A stretch of DNA of 64,000 nucleotides, taken from positions 12,050-76,049 of the forward strand of contig JALHLK010000007.1 of assembly GCA_022844565.1 (NCBI GenBank), given 5' to 3'. The position numbers and the translations under genes were made by a program. The notes under the pieces were generated by a model. The model was not told the DNA's origin. It did no database searches and saw only the letters and a list, made by a program, of their open reading frames with translations. The stretch comes from Saprospiraceae bacterium (GTDB lineage: Bacteria > Bacteroidota > Bacteroidia > Chitinophagales > Saprospiraceae). Shown in pieces: positions 51,058-60,655 of this stretch (positions within the stretch are counted from its first letter, which is position 1; each line of letters opens with the position of its first letter).

Positions 51058-52494
51058 ATGAAGATCAAAAACAAGCTGGTAATAAGTTTAATGGTAATAT
51101 CATTATTCCAATGTACTCCAAAAGTTGCTGAAGTAATAGAAGAAGAAAAAGATACTTTTATTTTAGTTGATACATCAAAACCGTGTAGGACCTTAGATGA
51201 CCTACCTCCACAATATAAAGAAGAGGCTGAAAATGCATTTGTCTTGTATAAAGATCAAATGAAGCAAAAGAGATGGTCAGAAGCACTAAATATCTGGAAA
51301 ATGGCTTATCAACTTGCTCCTGGCTCAAATGGCAAGGTCATGGGACATTTTGGAGATGGGGTCACCATATATAGTGAATTGTCTAAACAAACAGATCAAC
51401 TATTTCTTAAACAAAGATATCTTGATACAATTTACATGATCAATAAAAAATTTGACGAGTGTTTTAATGTGGACGCAGAACGCATGGCAAAGCGAGCATT
51501 TGATTATTATTACAATTTTGGTGATATCATTCCAGAAGAAGAACAGTGGAAGACCTTTACAAAAGCCATTGATATGAATAATGGTAAAATGTTATATTTC
51601 GTTGTCAACCCATTTACTAAAATGTTGTATGATAGAGTAACTGAAGAAAGAATATCGCTGGAAGAAGGAAGAAAATGGGCTAATCTAATATTTAAATCTA
51701 TAGAAGATGGTACTAAAAATTGTAAAGGCCAAGAGTGTGAAAGTTGGGATGTCGTAAATAGTTATGCTCCAGATAGACTAGATGCATTGGAAGCTGTAGA
51801 TGACTTTTATGATTGCATGTATTATACAAAAAAATATTACGCCCTTTATAAATTATCTCCTGATAGCTGTGATGTGATCAATAGAGCTTATGCAAGAATA
51901 CTTAGAGGCAAATGTCCAACGGATAATCCGATTTTAATGGAAATCAGAGAAGTGAGAAATCAAAAATGTGTTGCAAAAGCTATACCTGTGGCTCCTGGTC
52001 CACTCAGATTAGCATTTGATGCTTATGGTGAGGGTAGATACAAAGAGGCTATTGCACAATTTGAAAATTTCATAAGTACTTCTACCGATGATACCAATAG
52101 ATTCAAATATGCCATGCTAATTGCTAAAATATATTATGGTGATTTACGTAACTTCCCTTTGTCTCGTAGATGGGCTACTGAAGCGAAGAAATACAATAAA
52201 AGATCAGGAGAGCCTGATTTACACATTGGTAAATTATATGCATCAAGTGGTCCATTATGTGGTCCAGGGCGTGGATTTGAAAGTCAGAAAGTAACTTGGG
52301 TAGCTATTGACAGATTTGTAGCTGCCAGAAATCTCGATTCATCCGTAGCCGCAGAAGCGAATGGTTTGATAGCTCAATATTCTAAATACATGCCATCTAG
52401 TGAAGACGTATTCTCAAGGACATTGAAAAAAGGATCGTCATATGTTGTAGGTTGCTGGATCAATGAAACTACAACTATTAGGACGGCTGATTAA
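51058..52494 (+). CDS. TPR-like lipoprotein
   Basis: LFQC lipobox, helical repeats, C-terminal VGCWINETTTIR seen in Bacteroidota TPR proteins. Confidence 0.7.
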   Translation: MKIKNKLVISLMVISLFQCTPKVAEVIEEEKDTFILVDTSKPCRTLDDLPPQYKEEAENAFVLYKDQMKQKRWSEALNIWKMAYQLAPGSNGKVMGHFGDGVTIYSELSKQTDQLFLKQRYLDTIYMINKKFDECFNVDAERMAKRAFDYYYNFGDIIPEEEQWKTFTKAIDMNNGKMLYFVVNPFTKMLYDRVTEERISLEEGRKWANLIFKSIEDGTKNCKGQECESWDVVNSYAPDRLDALEAVDDFYDCMYYTKKYYALYKLSPDSCDVINRAYARILRGKCPTDNPILMEIREVRNQKCVAKAIPVAPGPLRLAFDAYGEGRYKEAIAQFENFISTSTDDTNRFKYAMLIAKIYYGDLRNFPLSRRWATEAKKYNKRSGEPDLHIGKLYASSGPLCGPGRGFESQKVTWVAIDRFVAARNLDSSVAAEANGLIAQYSKYMPSSEDVFSRTLKKGSSYVVGCWINETTTIRTAD

Positions 52495-52522
52495 CATTGA
52501 TGTTCGATCAAGTTAACTCAGA

Positions 52523-53473
52523 TTATTCATATGCCATCCAAATGAGTTTTGGATTTTCGCTCCAACCTGAATTTGGTTGGTCTAATCTTCGAACGGATAA
52601 TGTAACTTGTGAATTGGTTAAAGACTTAATAGTGACCGTATAATCATTATTGGTGCCAGGTAATTCATTTTGTACAATAGCCTGAAATTTAGGTATTGAA
52701 TTAAAAGCAGTTTGAAAATCTATTGTGATAAGTTTTGTCGAAATAGCGATCGGTTGATTACCGACAGATTGAATTCCATCCAAAATTTTATTGAGTGTTA
52801 TGCCATTGCCTATTTTTAAGTTAGAAACTTTCACAGCATCTTTATCCACTCTAAAAATTTCACTGCTGCTGACCAGCATGTGGGTTATAAAACCAAAATC
52901 AACTGCTTCTCCAAAAAAACTTAATCCTTCAGGATATGCAGAATTAGGTGAAAAAACCCAACCAGAAAAATTACTTAGGTGAATAGTATACTTTTGTCCT
53001 TGCGTCAAGGGAATATCTAATGCAGGAGATTTAATCGGAAGTTGAGATGTATTAACAGCTGGTACTGTCCAAGAAACTTGGGCCAAGACATTTCCATTTA
53101 TGCCCTCTCCTTCATATATAGTTAGTATTTTCTGCGAAGAGGTTATTAAATTTAGAAAAAAGCAGGAGACATTTTTTAAGATCCCAGTAGAACCGGATGT
53201 GAAGGATTGCCAAGCGGGGGTACTTACAGCAGTAGCCACACTATTAGCTGTTTTCAGACTTTGATCTTCAATATCTACGAAACTTAGTACCTTGATAGCT
53301 GCACCTCCTTGGCTACCTTGCTCAATCACAAGACTATCTGCTTTTATACCCCCATTTACATCAAATGTAGTACTAGGATTAGATTTGCCAATACCAACGT
53401 TTTGACCATTAATCTTTACTACACAAAGAAAAAGTACAAAATAACAACAGAAATATTTTGGTCCTAAGATCAT
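52523..53473 (-). CDS. Secreted protein with VGIG fibre-like repeat and possible C-terminal H-type-lectin-like domain
   Basis: QNVGIGKSNPSTTFDVNG; C-terminal IDFQTAFNSIP...LIWMAYE. Confidence 0.55.
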   Translation of the reverse strand: MILGPKYFCCYFVLFLCVVKINGQNVGIGKSNPSTTFDVNGGIKADSLVIEQGSQGGAAIKVLSFVDIEDQSLKTANSVATAVSTPAWQSFTSGSTGILKNVSCFFLNLITSSQKILTIYEGEGINGNVLAQVSWTVPAVNTSQLPIKSPALDIPLTQGQKYTIHLSNFSGWVFSPNSAYPEGLSFFGEAVDFGFITHMLVSSSEIFRVDKDAVKVSNLKIGNGITLNKILDGIQSVGNQPIAISTKLITIDFQTAFNSIPKFQAIVQNELPGTNNDYTVTIKSLTNSQVTLSVRRLDQPNSGWSENPKLIWMAYE

Positions 53474-53617
53474 TGATTATGGTATTAAATCATTCAAAAG
53501 TATGCCAAATATACGAATTTAAGAAGCATATTGTTGCAAATCTATTTTCTAATTTACTCTACTTTAATGGTTTACCCTTGTTTGTAAGTGTTTTCATGGG
53601 TATAGATATTCCTTCAT

Positions 53618-54319
53618 TCACTCAATCGCTTTAGTCAATTTCAGGATGTAATCTTGTATGTACTGATCTTTTTGCTTGAGTTTATACTGCATAATGTACC
53701 TAGGATGTTCCAAAGGGATAAGTTGGTCAAAGAGCTTTTCCTTCTTATTTAGGTCATTGAGAAATTTGTAATTCTTACCAGTTCCAAGGCAGTATGCTAT
53801 GTCTGTATGTAATCCAAAAGATATTTGCGTTTTTAAATGTTTTGTTATGTGAGGTGCTATAATATCTTGGAGGGGCTTCTCGTCATAATAATTATAGTTT
53901 ACTTCTTTGCCGAGATCATTTGTTTTTGTAAAACCAAGAGGGAATGCTGAAGTAATGTAAAAGAATTTATAAAAATCTAGTGGATTAGAGAATATGTTGA
54001 TCATGTCATATATAAATACGGATGATGGTTCGTGGGTAGTTTTTTCGCCTGCATTGATTTGACAATATTTTTCTAATCTTTTGGTATCGGTAAAAGGGAT
54101 ACCTGTAGCTCCTGCTCCTAATCGACCTGGATTAATGCCTATGATGGTCCACCTTTTTGTATTGTCACCATAATATTTATCATAAAAAAGTCGATTGATT
54201 TGCCTTATTTCCTCAGAATCTCTGTATGGATTCATGATACTTATTTGATTTGGAATTTTTAAATTGGTAAAATCCAATTCTTCCATATACTTTAATATTT
54301 TATCAGCCCAGGTGTTCAA
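53618..54319 (-). CDS. SMUG2-type uracil-DNA glycosylase (DUF4918)
   Basis: GINPGRLGAGATGIPFTD, NYNYYD and LEHPRYIMQY motifs. Confidence 0.88.
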   Translation of the reverse strand: MNTWADKILKYMEELDFTNLKIPNQISIMNPYRDSEEIRQINRLFYDKYYGDNTKRWTIIGINPGRLGAGATGIPFTDTKRLEKYCQINAGEKTTHEPSSVFIYDMINIFSNPLDFYKFFYITSAFPLGFTKTNDLGKEVNYNYYDEKPLQDIIAPHITKHLKTQISFGLHTDIAYCLGTGKNYKFLNDLNKKEKLFDQLIPLEHPRYIMQYKLKQKDQYIQDYILKLTKAIE

Positions 54320-54322
54320 ATA

Positions 54323-55138
54323 TTACAATTCAATTTTATGCGCTTGTAATACCTCTCTATTGGATTGAGCGCTTACAGCAATAACTATCGTAAGATTATC
54401 TAAATTATATATAGGAGGAACTGTGTAGGAAAATGTTTTATTAATCAAATCTCCTTTTTGTAAATTTTGACCTAATACATCACCATCCCAAGCGGTCATC
54501 ATGTGTCTTAGTACATAATCATGGACGTAATCCTTAATGACCGTACCCACAGATTCTTGTGGATCAATGATTCCACTTTCTGTTACATAGACACTTACTT
54601 TATAAGCTCCCGAAAGTATTTCAGAGGCTTGAACACCTATATTTAGGTCTAATTTCCTAGTTAATCTATTTAAAGAGTGGTCTGAGACGATACTGACTTT
54701 CGGTTTTTTTGAAATCTCATCAGTGATATAGGCAGGCCATAAATCAGGGAAGTCTGCAGCTAAGTTAGGCTCATCAGGAAATTTAATCCTATTGATCATT
54801 GAAGCTGGCTTACCGATAAAAGGTCTATAAGACTCTTCTAATTGTCTGGAAAAATCATTCCTGAAGTCAAACTTACTGGTAGAGAGTGGCTCCGTAAGGA
54901 ATCTGCCATGTATGCCGACTATGACCATATTTTTTGGAAATTTATCTTTGACACCTTTTAAAATAGTGGACCCTTTCGGGCAATTAGGACATTTTACACC
55001 TGTGAGATACTCGACCAATACGACTCTTTCGGTTGACGCTACTTGAAACTCTGGGATAGTAACAGGCGTCTCTTGGCAACCTAACAAAAGTGCAATAATA
55101 GATAGCAAAATAATATGAAACGAACCTTTCTTAATCAT
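54323..55138 (-). CDS. Omp28-family lipoprotein
   Basis: LLGC lipobox; VLVEYLTGVKCPNCP and YVHDYVLR motifs. Confidence 0.85.
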   Translation of the reverse strand: MIKKGSFHIILLSIIALLLGCQETPVTIPEFQVASTERVVLVEYLTGVKCPNCPKGSTILKGVKDKFPKNMVIVGIHGRFLTEPLSTSKFDFRNDFSRQLEESYRPFIGKPASMINRIKFPDEPNLAADFPDLWPAYITDEISKKPKVSIVSDHSLNRLTRKLDLNIGVQASEILSGAYKVSVYVTESGIIDPQESVGTVIKDYVHDYVLRHMMTAWDGDVLGQNLQKGDLINKTFSYTVPPIYNLDNLTIVIAVSAQSNREVLQAHKIEL

Positions 55139-55141
55139 GCT

Positions 55142-56827
55142 TTAAAACTGTGAATTTAAAGAAAAACGAATACCACTAAAAGCTGGCTCTAATCTACAAA
55201 TACCCCCACTACATACGATACCCTCTACCTGCTTAACATAACGTAATTGAAGGCGATTTTGTCCTGCAATGTGGGTAACTCCAAATGATGGATAAGCAAT
55301 TTTTTCGGGCTCGGTAGCACCGATCAATGTCCGCTTAGGTACGGTATTATACATAACAGAAGCTTCAAAAAACCATTGAGGAGCAATTGTGTATTCAGCC
55401 AAAGAATGGATCCAACTACCAAAATCTTGTTGTGTAAACATATATTGAGTTTCGAATCTGATAGATTTTTTTCTATTTATTTTATACAATATATCCGTAA
55501 AAGGCACATAAGTATTGACTATTGGAACGCCTGGTTTCTCTTCGTAGATTTCTTGATTGTATTGCACATGTTGGAATCCACCTGTGATATTCCAAGCAGT
55601 ATTAGGTTTGTAATTGAAGTCTCCATAGATTTCGCGGTAGAGTTTTTGCCCTTCTTTTGTGTTCATCCATGACAAATTAATATTATGATTGAGCTTTTTA
55701 GACCATCGATGTTTGTAGTCTAATTGGAAGGCAAGTTCTGATATTTCTTGGGTAAAAGGAGAATATCTTGCGGTCAAGCGATAGGTATTTTGTCGGTTCA
55801 TTGGTGGTAAATAGGTGATATATCCTCTTAATAGTCTTTGAGTTGGGTCTGTTCTGAAAACAAAATTTTCTGTACGCTTAGCTTCTAAAGTTAAACCCAC
55901 AACATCACCTGCGTAGCCAATGGTAGTGTATAGTACAGATCCACTTGCATTTTGAAATTTACCTCTTGTGGTGGCTCCACTAGCTTCTGATTTTTGAGCA
56001 AAATTATTGAAATAAATGTCGTCTTTCTTCAAAGAGCCCTCTAAATACCATGAAATATTTTTGTAAGTTAAGGTATTATAGGCTGTAAATGCATAACTAT
56101 TAAATACGGGGCCAAATCGATCTACGGGTAAGTAAGATGACAATGCCCTTACCACTTTATCCATAATCTCATCAGATAAAGTTTTATTTACAAACCCAAG
56201 TCCTGGTGCCAAAGTAAGTGGCGATTCTTCTCCTTTTGATAAGAAATAATCGACATTGATACCTTTGATACTTCCACTGTATATGTCAAATGCATTTTTT
56301 TGTTGACCACCAAGCGCTTTAATGGTTAAGTTGTCAAATAATTGGAATTTTAAGCTCACTCCTAATAAAGCATTATCAATAAATAAAGGTCTAGATTCGT
56401 AAGCTCTATAGATGATGCCACTACCTATTTGATCATATAAATATCCTACATTGACGTCTATTTTATCAAATTTTTTACTAATATACCATCTACCTATTCC
56501 ATTTTGGGTGAATGAGTTGTTTGGATCTGGTATATTGGAGTTTAGGAAGAAGTCATAACGTATACCCGCACTCAATGACCCATAATCATATCTCAAATTC
56601 AACCAAGATTCCCCTCCAAAAAATTGTTTTTCATATTGGGGTATGTTAAAGGCATTAATAGAGCTATCTTTCAAAAATACATTGGCATTGAGATCCAAAC
56701 TACCAGAGAGAATACCCTTTGGTTCAGAAGTAGATTGAGCTAAACTTTCTAAGCAAATCACTATTAGTATTAAGCTGCAGAATATTTTTAAAGATGTATA
56801 TTTCAAGACGATATAAAATTTAGTCAC
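55142..56827 (-). CDS. DUF6029-like outer-membrane protein
   Basis: YDQIGSGII.RAYE.R...IDN motif; C-terminal GIVCSGGICRLEPAFSG...LNSQF. Confidence 0.78.
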   Translation of the reverse strand: MTKFYIVLKYTSLKIFCSLILIVICLESLAQSTSEPKGILSGSLDLNANVFLKDSSINAFNIPQYEKQFFGGESWLNLRYDYGSLSAGIRYDFFLNSNIPDPNNSFTQNGIGRWYISKKFDKIDVNVGYLYDQIGSGIIYRAYESRPLFIDNALLGVSLKFQLFDNLTIKALGGQQKNAFDIYSGSIKGINVDYFLSKGEESPLTLAPGLGFVNKTLSDEIMDKVVRALSSYLPVDRFGPVFNSYAFTAYNTLTYKNISWYLEGSLKKDDIYFNNFAQKSEASGATTRGKFQNASGSVLYTTIGYAGDVVGLTLEAKRTENFVFRTDPTQRLLRGYITYLPPMNRQNTYRLTARYSPFTQEISELAFQLDYKHRWSKKLNHNINLSWMNTKEGQKLYREIYGDFNYKPNTAWNITGGFQHVQYNQEIYEEKPGVPIVNTYVPFTDILYKINRKKSIRFETQYMFTQQDFGSWIHSLAEYTIAPQWFFEASVMYNTVPKRTLIGATEPEKIAYPSFGVTHIAGQNRLQLRYVKQVEGIVCSGGICRLEPAFSGIRFSLNSQF

Positions 56828-57037
56828 AAATGTAGGTCTGATATATCATAAATTTATAACAAATTTGATCAAAATTGATACTTTTGTAAACACATAATCG
56901 TTTTATTTGTGATTTGTAATAATTTAGGACTATAACAATTCAATCAAAAAATATCCTTAATATTATGATTTGAACACATATTCATAAATAGTTACAGTGA
57001 TTTTAAACAAAACGATACTTTAAATTTTAATAATAAA

Positions 57038-57526
57038 ATGAGAAAAAGTTTGATGTCTTTAGGAATGGTAGTTTTACTTTCTGCCATAGCATTTGCACAA
57101 GATGGTAAAAAATTTCCTGATGTACAGTTAAAAACGATGGATGGCAAAACCGTAAATACTGCCGATATCATAGGTAAAAATAAGTATACGTTTGTATCTT
57201 TTTGGGCTACATGGTGCGGACCTTGTAAGAGGGAAATGGATGCCATTTCTGAAGTCTACACAAGCTGGAAAAATGACTATGGTCTTGAAGTGATAGCTAT
57301 CTCTATAGATGATGTGAGAGGTGCAGCTAAAATCCCTGCATTGGTAAAACAAAAAGCTTGGGAATACACCATTTTGATAGATGGAAATGCTAGTTTACAA
57401 CAGATTTTAAATTTTAGTAGTATACCACAATCTTATTTGTTGGATCAGAATGGTAATATTATTTATGCACATTCAGGATATAGCCCAGGTGATGAATTTC
57501 AGATAGAGGATAAGATCAAGAAATAG
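57038..57526 (+). CDS. TlpA-family thiol-disulfide oxidoreductase
   Basis: SFWATWCGPC motif; signal peptide. Confidence 0.9.
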   Translation: MRKSLMSLGMVVLLSAIAFAQDGKKFPDVQLKTMDGKTVNTADIIGKNKYTFVSFWATWCGPCKREMDAISEVYTSWKNDYGLEVIAISIDDVRGAAKIPALVKQKAWEYTILIDGNASLQQILNFSSIPQSYLLDQNGNIIYAHSGYSPGDEFQIEDKIKK

Positions 57527-57646
57527 AAAATCTCTATATACCTTTGATAAGTTTTGCTATTATTAATTGATATGGAAATATATAGTTTCTGCCTTTCCTA
57601 TCTAAAATATTTTATACCTTCGCTTAAATAATACAATCTTAGAATT

Positions 57647-58660
57647 ATGGACACACTTGCTAAAGCAGTAGAAAAGTTAGATCGTAAAGGATATCTTGAC
57701 ATCGATATAGATCCTAATATGGACTTAGTGGCAGAGATCAATAAGCTCAAAAAGGAAAAAAATGCCATCATACTTGCGCATTATTATCAAGAGTCAGAGA
57801 TCCAAGATATAGCTGATTATATAGGTGACAGTTTAGGATTGGCACAAATGGCCGAAGCTACAGATGCTGATATGATTGTTTTTGCAGGTGTACATTTTAT
57901 GGCAGAAACAGCAAAAATGCTAAATCCACGAAAGAAAGTGGTCTTACCAGATTTGAAAGCAGGGTGCTCTTTGTCTGACTCATGTCCCGCTCCTTTGTTT
58001 AAGCAATTTAAAGAGCAATATCCGGATCATGTGGTGGTGTCTTATATCAATTGTACCGCTGCACTTAAGACTGTGACAGATATCTGCTGTACTTCCTCTA
58101 ATGCAGAAGTCATCATCAACAGCATACCCAAAGAAAAAGGGATCATCTTCGCTCCTGATAAAAATCTCGGAGCATACCTTCAGAAAAAAACGGGTCGAGA
58201 CAATATGATTTTGTGGAATGGTGCATGTATGGTCCATGAAATCTTCTCTCATGAAAAGATTACTAAACTCATGGTCGAACACCCCGATGCCAAGTTCATC
58301 GCTCACCCTGAGTGCGAAGCCCATATATTGGATAAAGCTGATTTTATTGGTTCTACAAGCCAATTATTGAAATATACCAAAGACAATGAAGCTCAAAAAT
58401 TTATTGTAGCTACAGAATCTGGGATACTACATCAGATGGAGTTAGCTTCTCCATCAAAAGTATTCATTCCTGCACCACCTAACAATACGTGTGCGTGTAA
58501 TGATTGTCCACACATGAAGCGCAATACAATGGAAAAATTGTACCTCTGTATGAAATACGAGCAACCCGAAGTGATCTTGGATCAAAATGTGATTGACCAA
58601 GGAAGGGTTTGTATCGATAGGATGATGGAGATCAGTAAGGCAGCGGGGTTTAAGGCGTAG
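57647..58660 (+). CDS. nadA: Quinolinate synthase
   Basis: ILAHYYQ, GVHFMAETA, AGCSL, CTSSNA, HPEC and CPHMK motifs. Confidence 0.96.
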   Translation: MDTLAKAVEKLDRKGYLDIDIDPNMDLVAEINKLKKEKNAIILAHYYQESEIQDIADYIGDSLGLAQMAEATDADMIVFAGVHFMAETAKMLNPRKKVVLPDLKAGCSLSDSCPAPLFKQFKEQYPDHVVVSYINCTAALKTVTDICCTSSNAEVIINSIPKEKGIIFAPDKNLGAYLQKKTGRDNMILWNGACMVHEIFSHEKITKLMVEHPDAKFIAHPECEAHILDKADFIGSTSQLLKYTKDNEAQKFIVATESGILHQMELASPSKVFIPAPPNNTCACNDCPHMKRNTMEKLYLCMKYEQPEVILDQNVIDQGRVCIDRMMEISKAAGFKA

Positions 58661-58743
58661 AAATCAACTTTATTGTATTCCAATTAAATTATTGCTTTTG
58701 ATTTATTATTTTTGATATTTGTTAATCTCTAACCTATATTAAA

Positions 58744-59208
58744 ATGGAAGAAAATACAAATCTTTATTCTGACAACACTAATCAATTGCAAGTAGAAGAA
58801 AACGCCAAGTCTTATTTAGTTGAAACCGCTAAATGGGCAAAGTTCCTTTCAATTGTTGGATTTATTGGAATTGGTCTAATGATCATTATGGGTATATTCA
58901 TGGGGGCATTTATTTTTAAATATGCAGGTGCAATATTGATCCCAGGATTAAGTCTAGGCACATTAAGTTTTGTTTCCTTCATTTATATAGTGATCGCACT
59001 ATTATACATTTACCCCATATTAAAGCTTTACCAATTTGCAGATTTGTCAAAGAAAGCTTTAACCACTAATGATTCCGCTATTTTGACCAAGGCTTTAGAA
59101 GCTCAAAAATCCATGTTTAAGTTTATGGGTATATGGGTCGTAGTAGTGCTTTTTATTTACGTTATCATAGTTGTTGTTGCTTTAATAGGTATTGTGTTAA
59201 ATTATTAA
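58744..59208 (+). CDS. DUF5362-like membrane protein
   Basis: YLVETAKWAKFLSIVGF motif with three TM helices. Confidence 0.75.
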   Translation: MEENTNLYSDNTNQLQVEENAKSYLVETAKWAKFLSIVGFIGIGLMIIMGIFMGAFIFKYAGAILIPGLSLGTLSFVSFIYIVIALLYIYPILKLYQFADLSKKALTTNDSAILTKALEAQKSMFKFMGIWVVVVLFIYVIIVVVALIGIVLNY

Positions 59209-59382
59209 TGATTTTTTTGATTTGAAGAGATCGATAAACCAATCGATTATTAAAGATACCTTTTGCTTTAAATCTTTTCCAATTATCTTTTTTACACTGT
59301 AGTCTATCCACAATAATGGAGAAAACAGAAAAATTGACACCCATTCCGATTTGACTGCTCCGTACTTCTATATTTTAGATGT

Positions 59383-59757
59383 GATGCCAAGTTCATCGCT
59401 CACCCTGAGTGCGAAGCCCATATATTGGATAAAGCTGATTTTATTGGTTCTACAAGCCAATTATTGAAATATACCAAAGACAACGAAGCTCAGAAATTCA
59501 TTGTAGCTACCGAGTCAGGTATTCTTCACCAAATGGAGTTAGCTTCTCCATCAAAAGTATTCATTCCTGCACCACCTAACAATACGTGTGCGTGTAATGA
59601 TTGTCCACACATGAAGCGCAATACAATGGAAAAATTGTACCTCTGTATGAAATACGAGCAACCCGAAGTGATCTTGGATCAAGATGTGATTGACCAAGGA
59701 AGGGTTTGTATCGATAGGATGATGGAAATAAGTAAGGCTGCGGGGTTTAAGGCATAG
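59383..59757 (+). pseudogene. nadA: Duplicated 3' fragment of nadA
   Basis: 375-bp direct repeat of 58286-58660 with about 16 substitutions; lacks the 5' two-thirds of the gene. Confidence 0.9.
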
Positions 59758-60048
59758 GCAGAATCTTTAGATAATCTTCATCTCACGCACCCGAAAATGC
59801 CTCTTTAATAGTGCCACATACTATGGGTAATACCGTATCACAATTTTGGGAAAGGTGATTTTTGATTAAAGAATTGATTATAGTTTTAGGAAACTAAATG
59901 ATGACCATATTTGACATAAAAAAATGGCGTCATCTTTCTTTTATAAATTAATTTCTTGATAATGTGGACTTACTGTACAATTTAATTTTTATATAATTTT
60001 TGGTAAGAATCCAAATCCTTAAAATATAATATAGATCATCACGCTAGA

Positions 60049-60090
60049 TGATATTCATCACCTTTGCTCTGTTTATGATTAAAGTCATAA
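60049..60090 (+). promoter_or_regulatory. Putative Fnr/Crp-type boxes upstream of the nos cluster
   Basis: TGAT-ATTC-ATCA (60049-60060) and TTATGAT-TAAA-GTCATAA (60073-60090). Confidence 0.5.
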
Positions 60091-60155
60091 ATTTTGGATA
60101 GCTAGTGAATGTAGTTTTGATGAATTATTAAGTAACACATCAAAATTATATAACA

Positions 60156-60632
60156 ATGAAATTTTTTCTAAAGAGTATAACACTCCTATTTTTTTTGACT
60201 TGCATTATTACCTCGTGTAGTGATAAAAAGAGTAGCGCAACTCCTACAATGGGAGAAAATGCTGTTCCAGCTACGGATGATTATGACCCTAATCGTGGTG
60301 AAGGTAAATTTAATGAGTCAAATCTTAGTTTAGATGGATTTGATATGGCGATGGCAGAAAAGGGAGAAAGCATTTCAAATACCAAATGTGCTTCTTGTCA
60401 CAAGATAACTGATGAAAGATTAGTAGGACCTGGTTGGGCAGGTGTCACTCAACGACGACAAGCTCCGTGGGTGTTAAACTTTATCACAAATCCTGATCCG
60501 ATGATCGACAAAGACCCTGAATTACAATCACAACTCGAACTATGCTTGGTAAGGATGCCCAATCAAAATTTATCAGAAGATGATGCAAGGTCTATCTATG
60601 AATATATGCGTAAGATAGACGGAGCTAAATAA
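60156..60632 (+). CDS. Monoheme cytochrome c lipoprotein (nos-associated)
   Basis: ITSC lipobox, CASCH, VGP and RMPNQ motifs; directly upstream of nosZ. Confidence 0.9.
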   Translation: MKFFLKSITLLFFLTCIITSCSDKKSSATPTMGENAVPATDDYDPNRGEGKFNESNLSLDGFDMAMAEKGESISNTKCASCHKITDERLVGPGWAGVTQRRQAPWVLNFITNPDPMIDKDPELQSQLELCLVRMPNQNLSEDDARSIYEYMRKIDGAK

Positions 60633-60655
60633 GAAATGAATAAAATATATTAAAT

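Noticed and set aside
58286..59757. Diversity-generating retroelement TR/VR pair
   Set aside because: Differences are synonymous third-position changes rather than adenine-specific, and no reverse transcriptase is present.
59425..59757. Second functional nadA
   Set aside because: Only the last third of the protein is present; it lacks two of the three conserved Cys-containing motifs.
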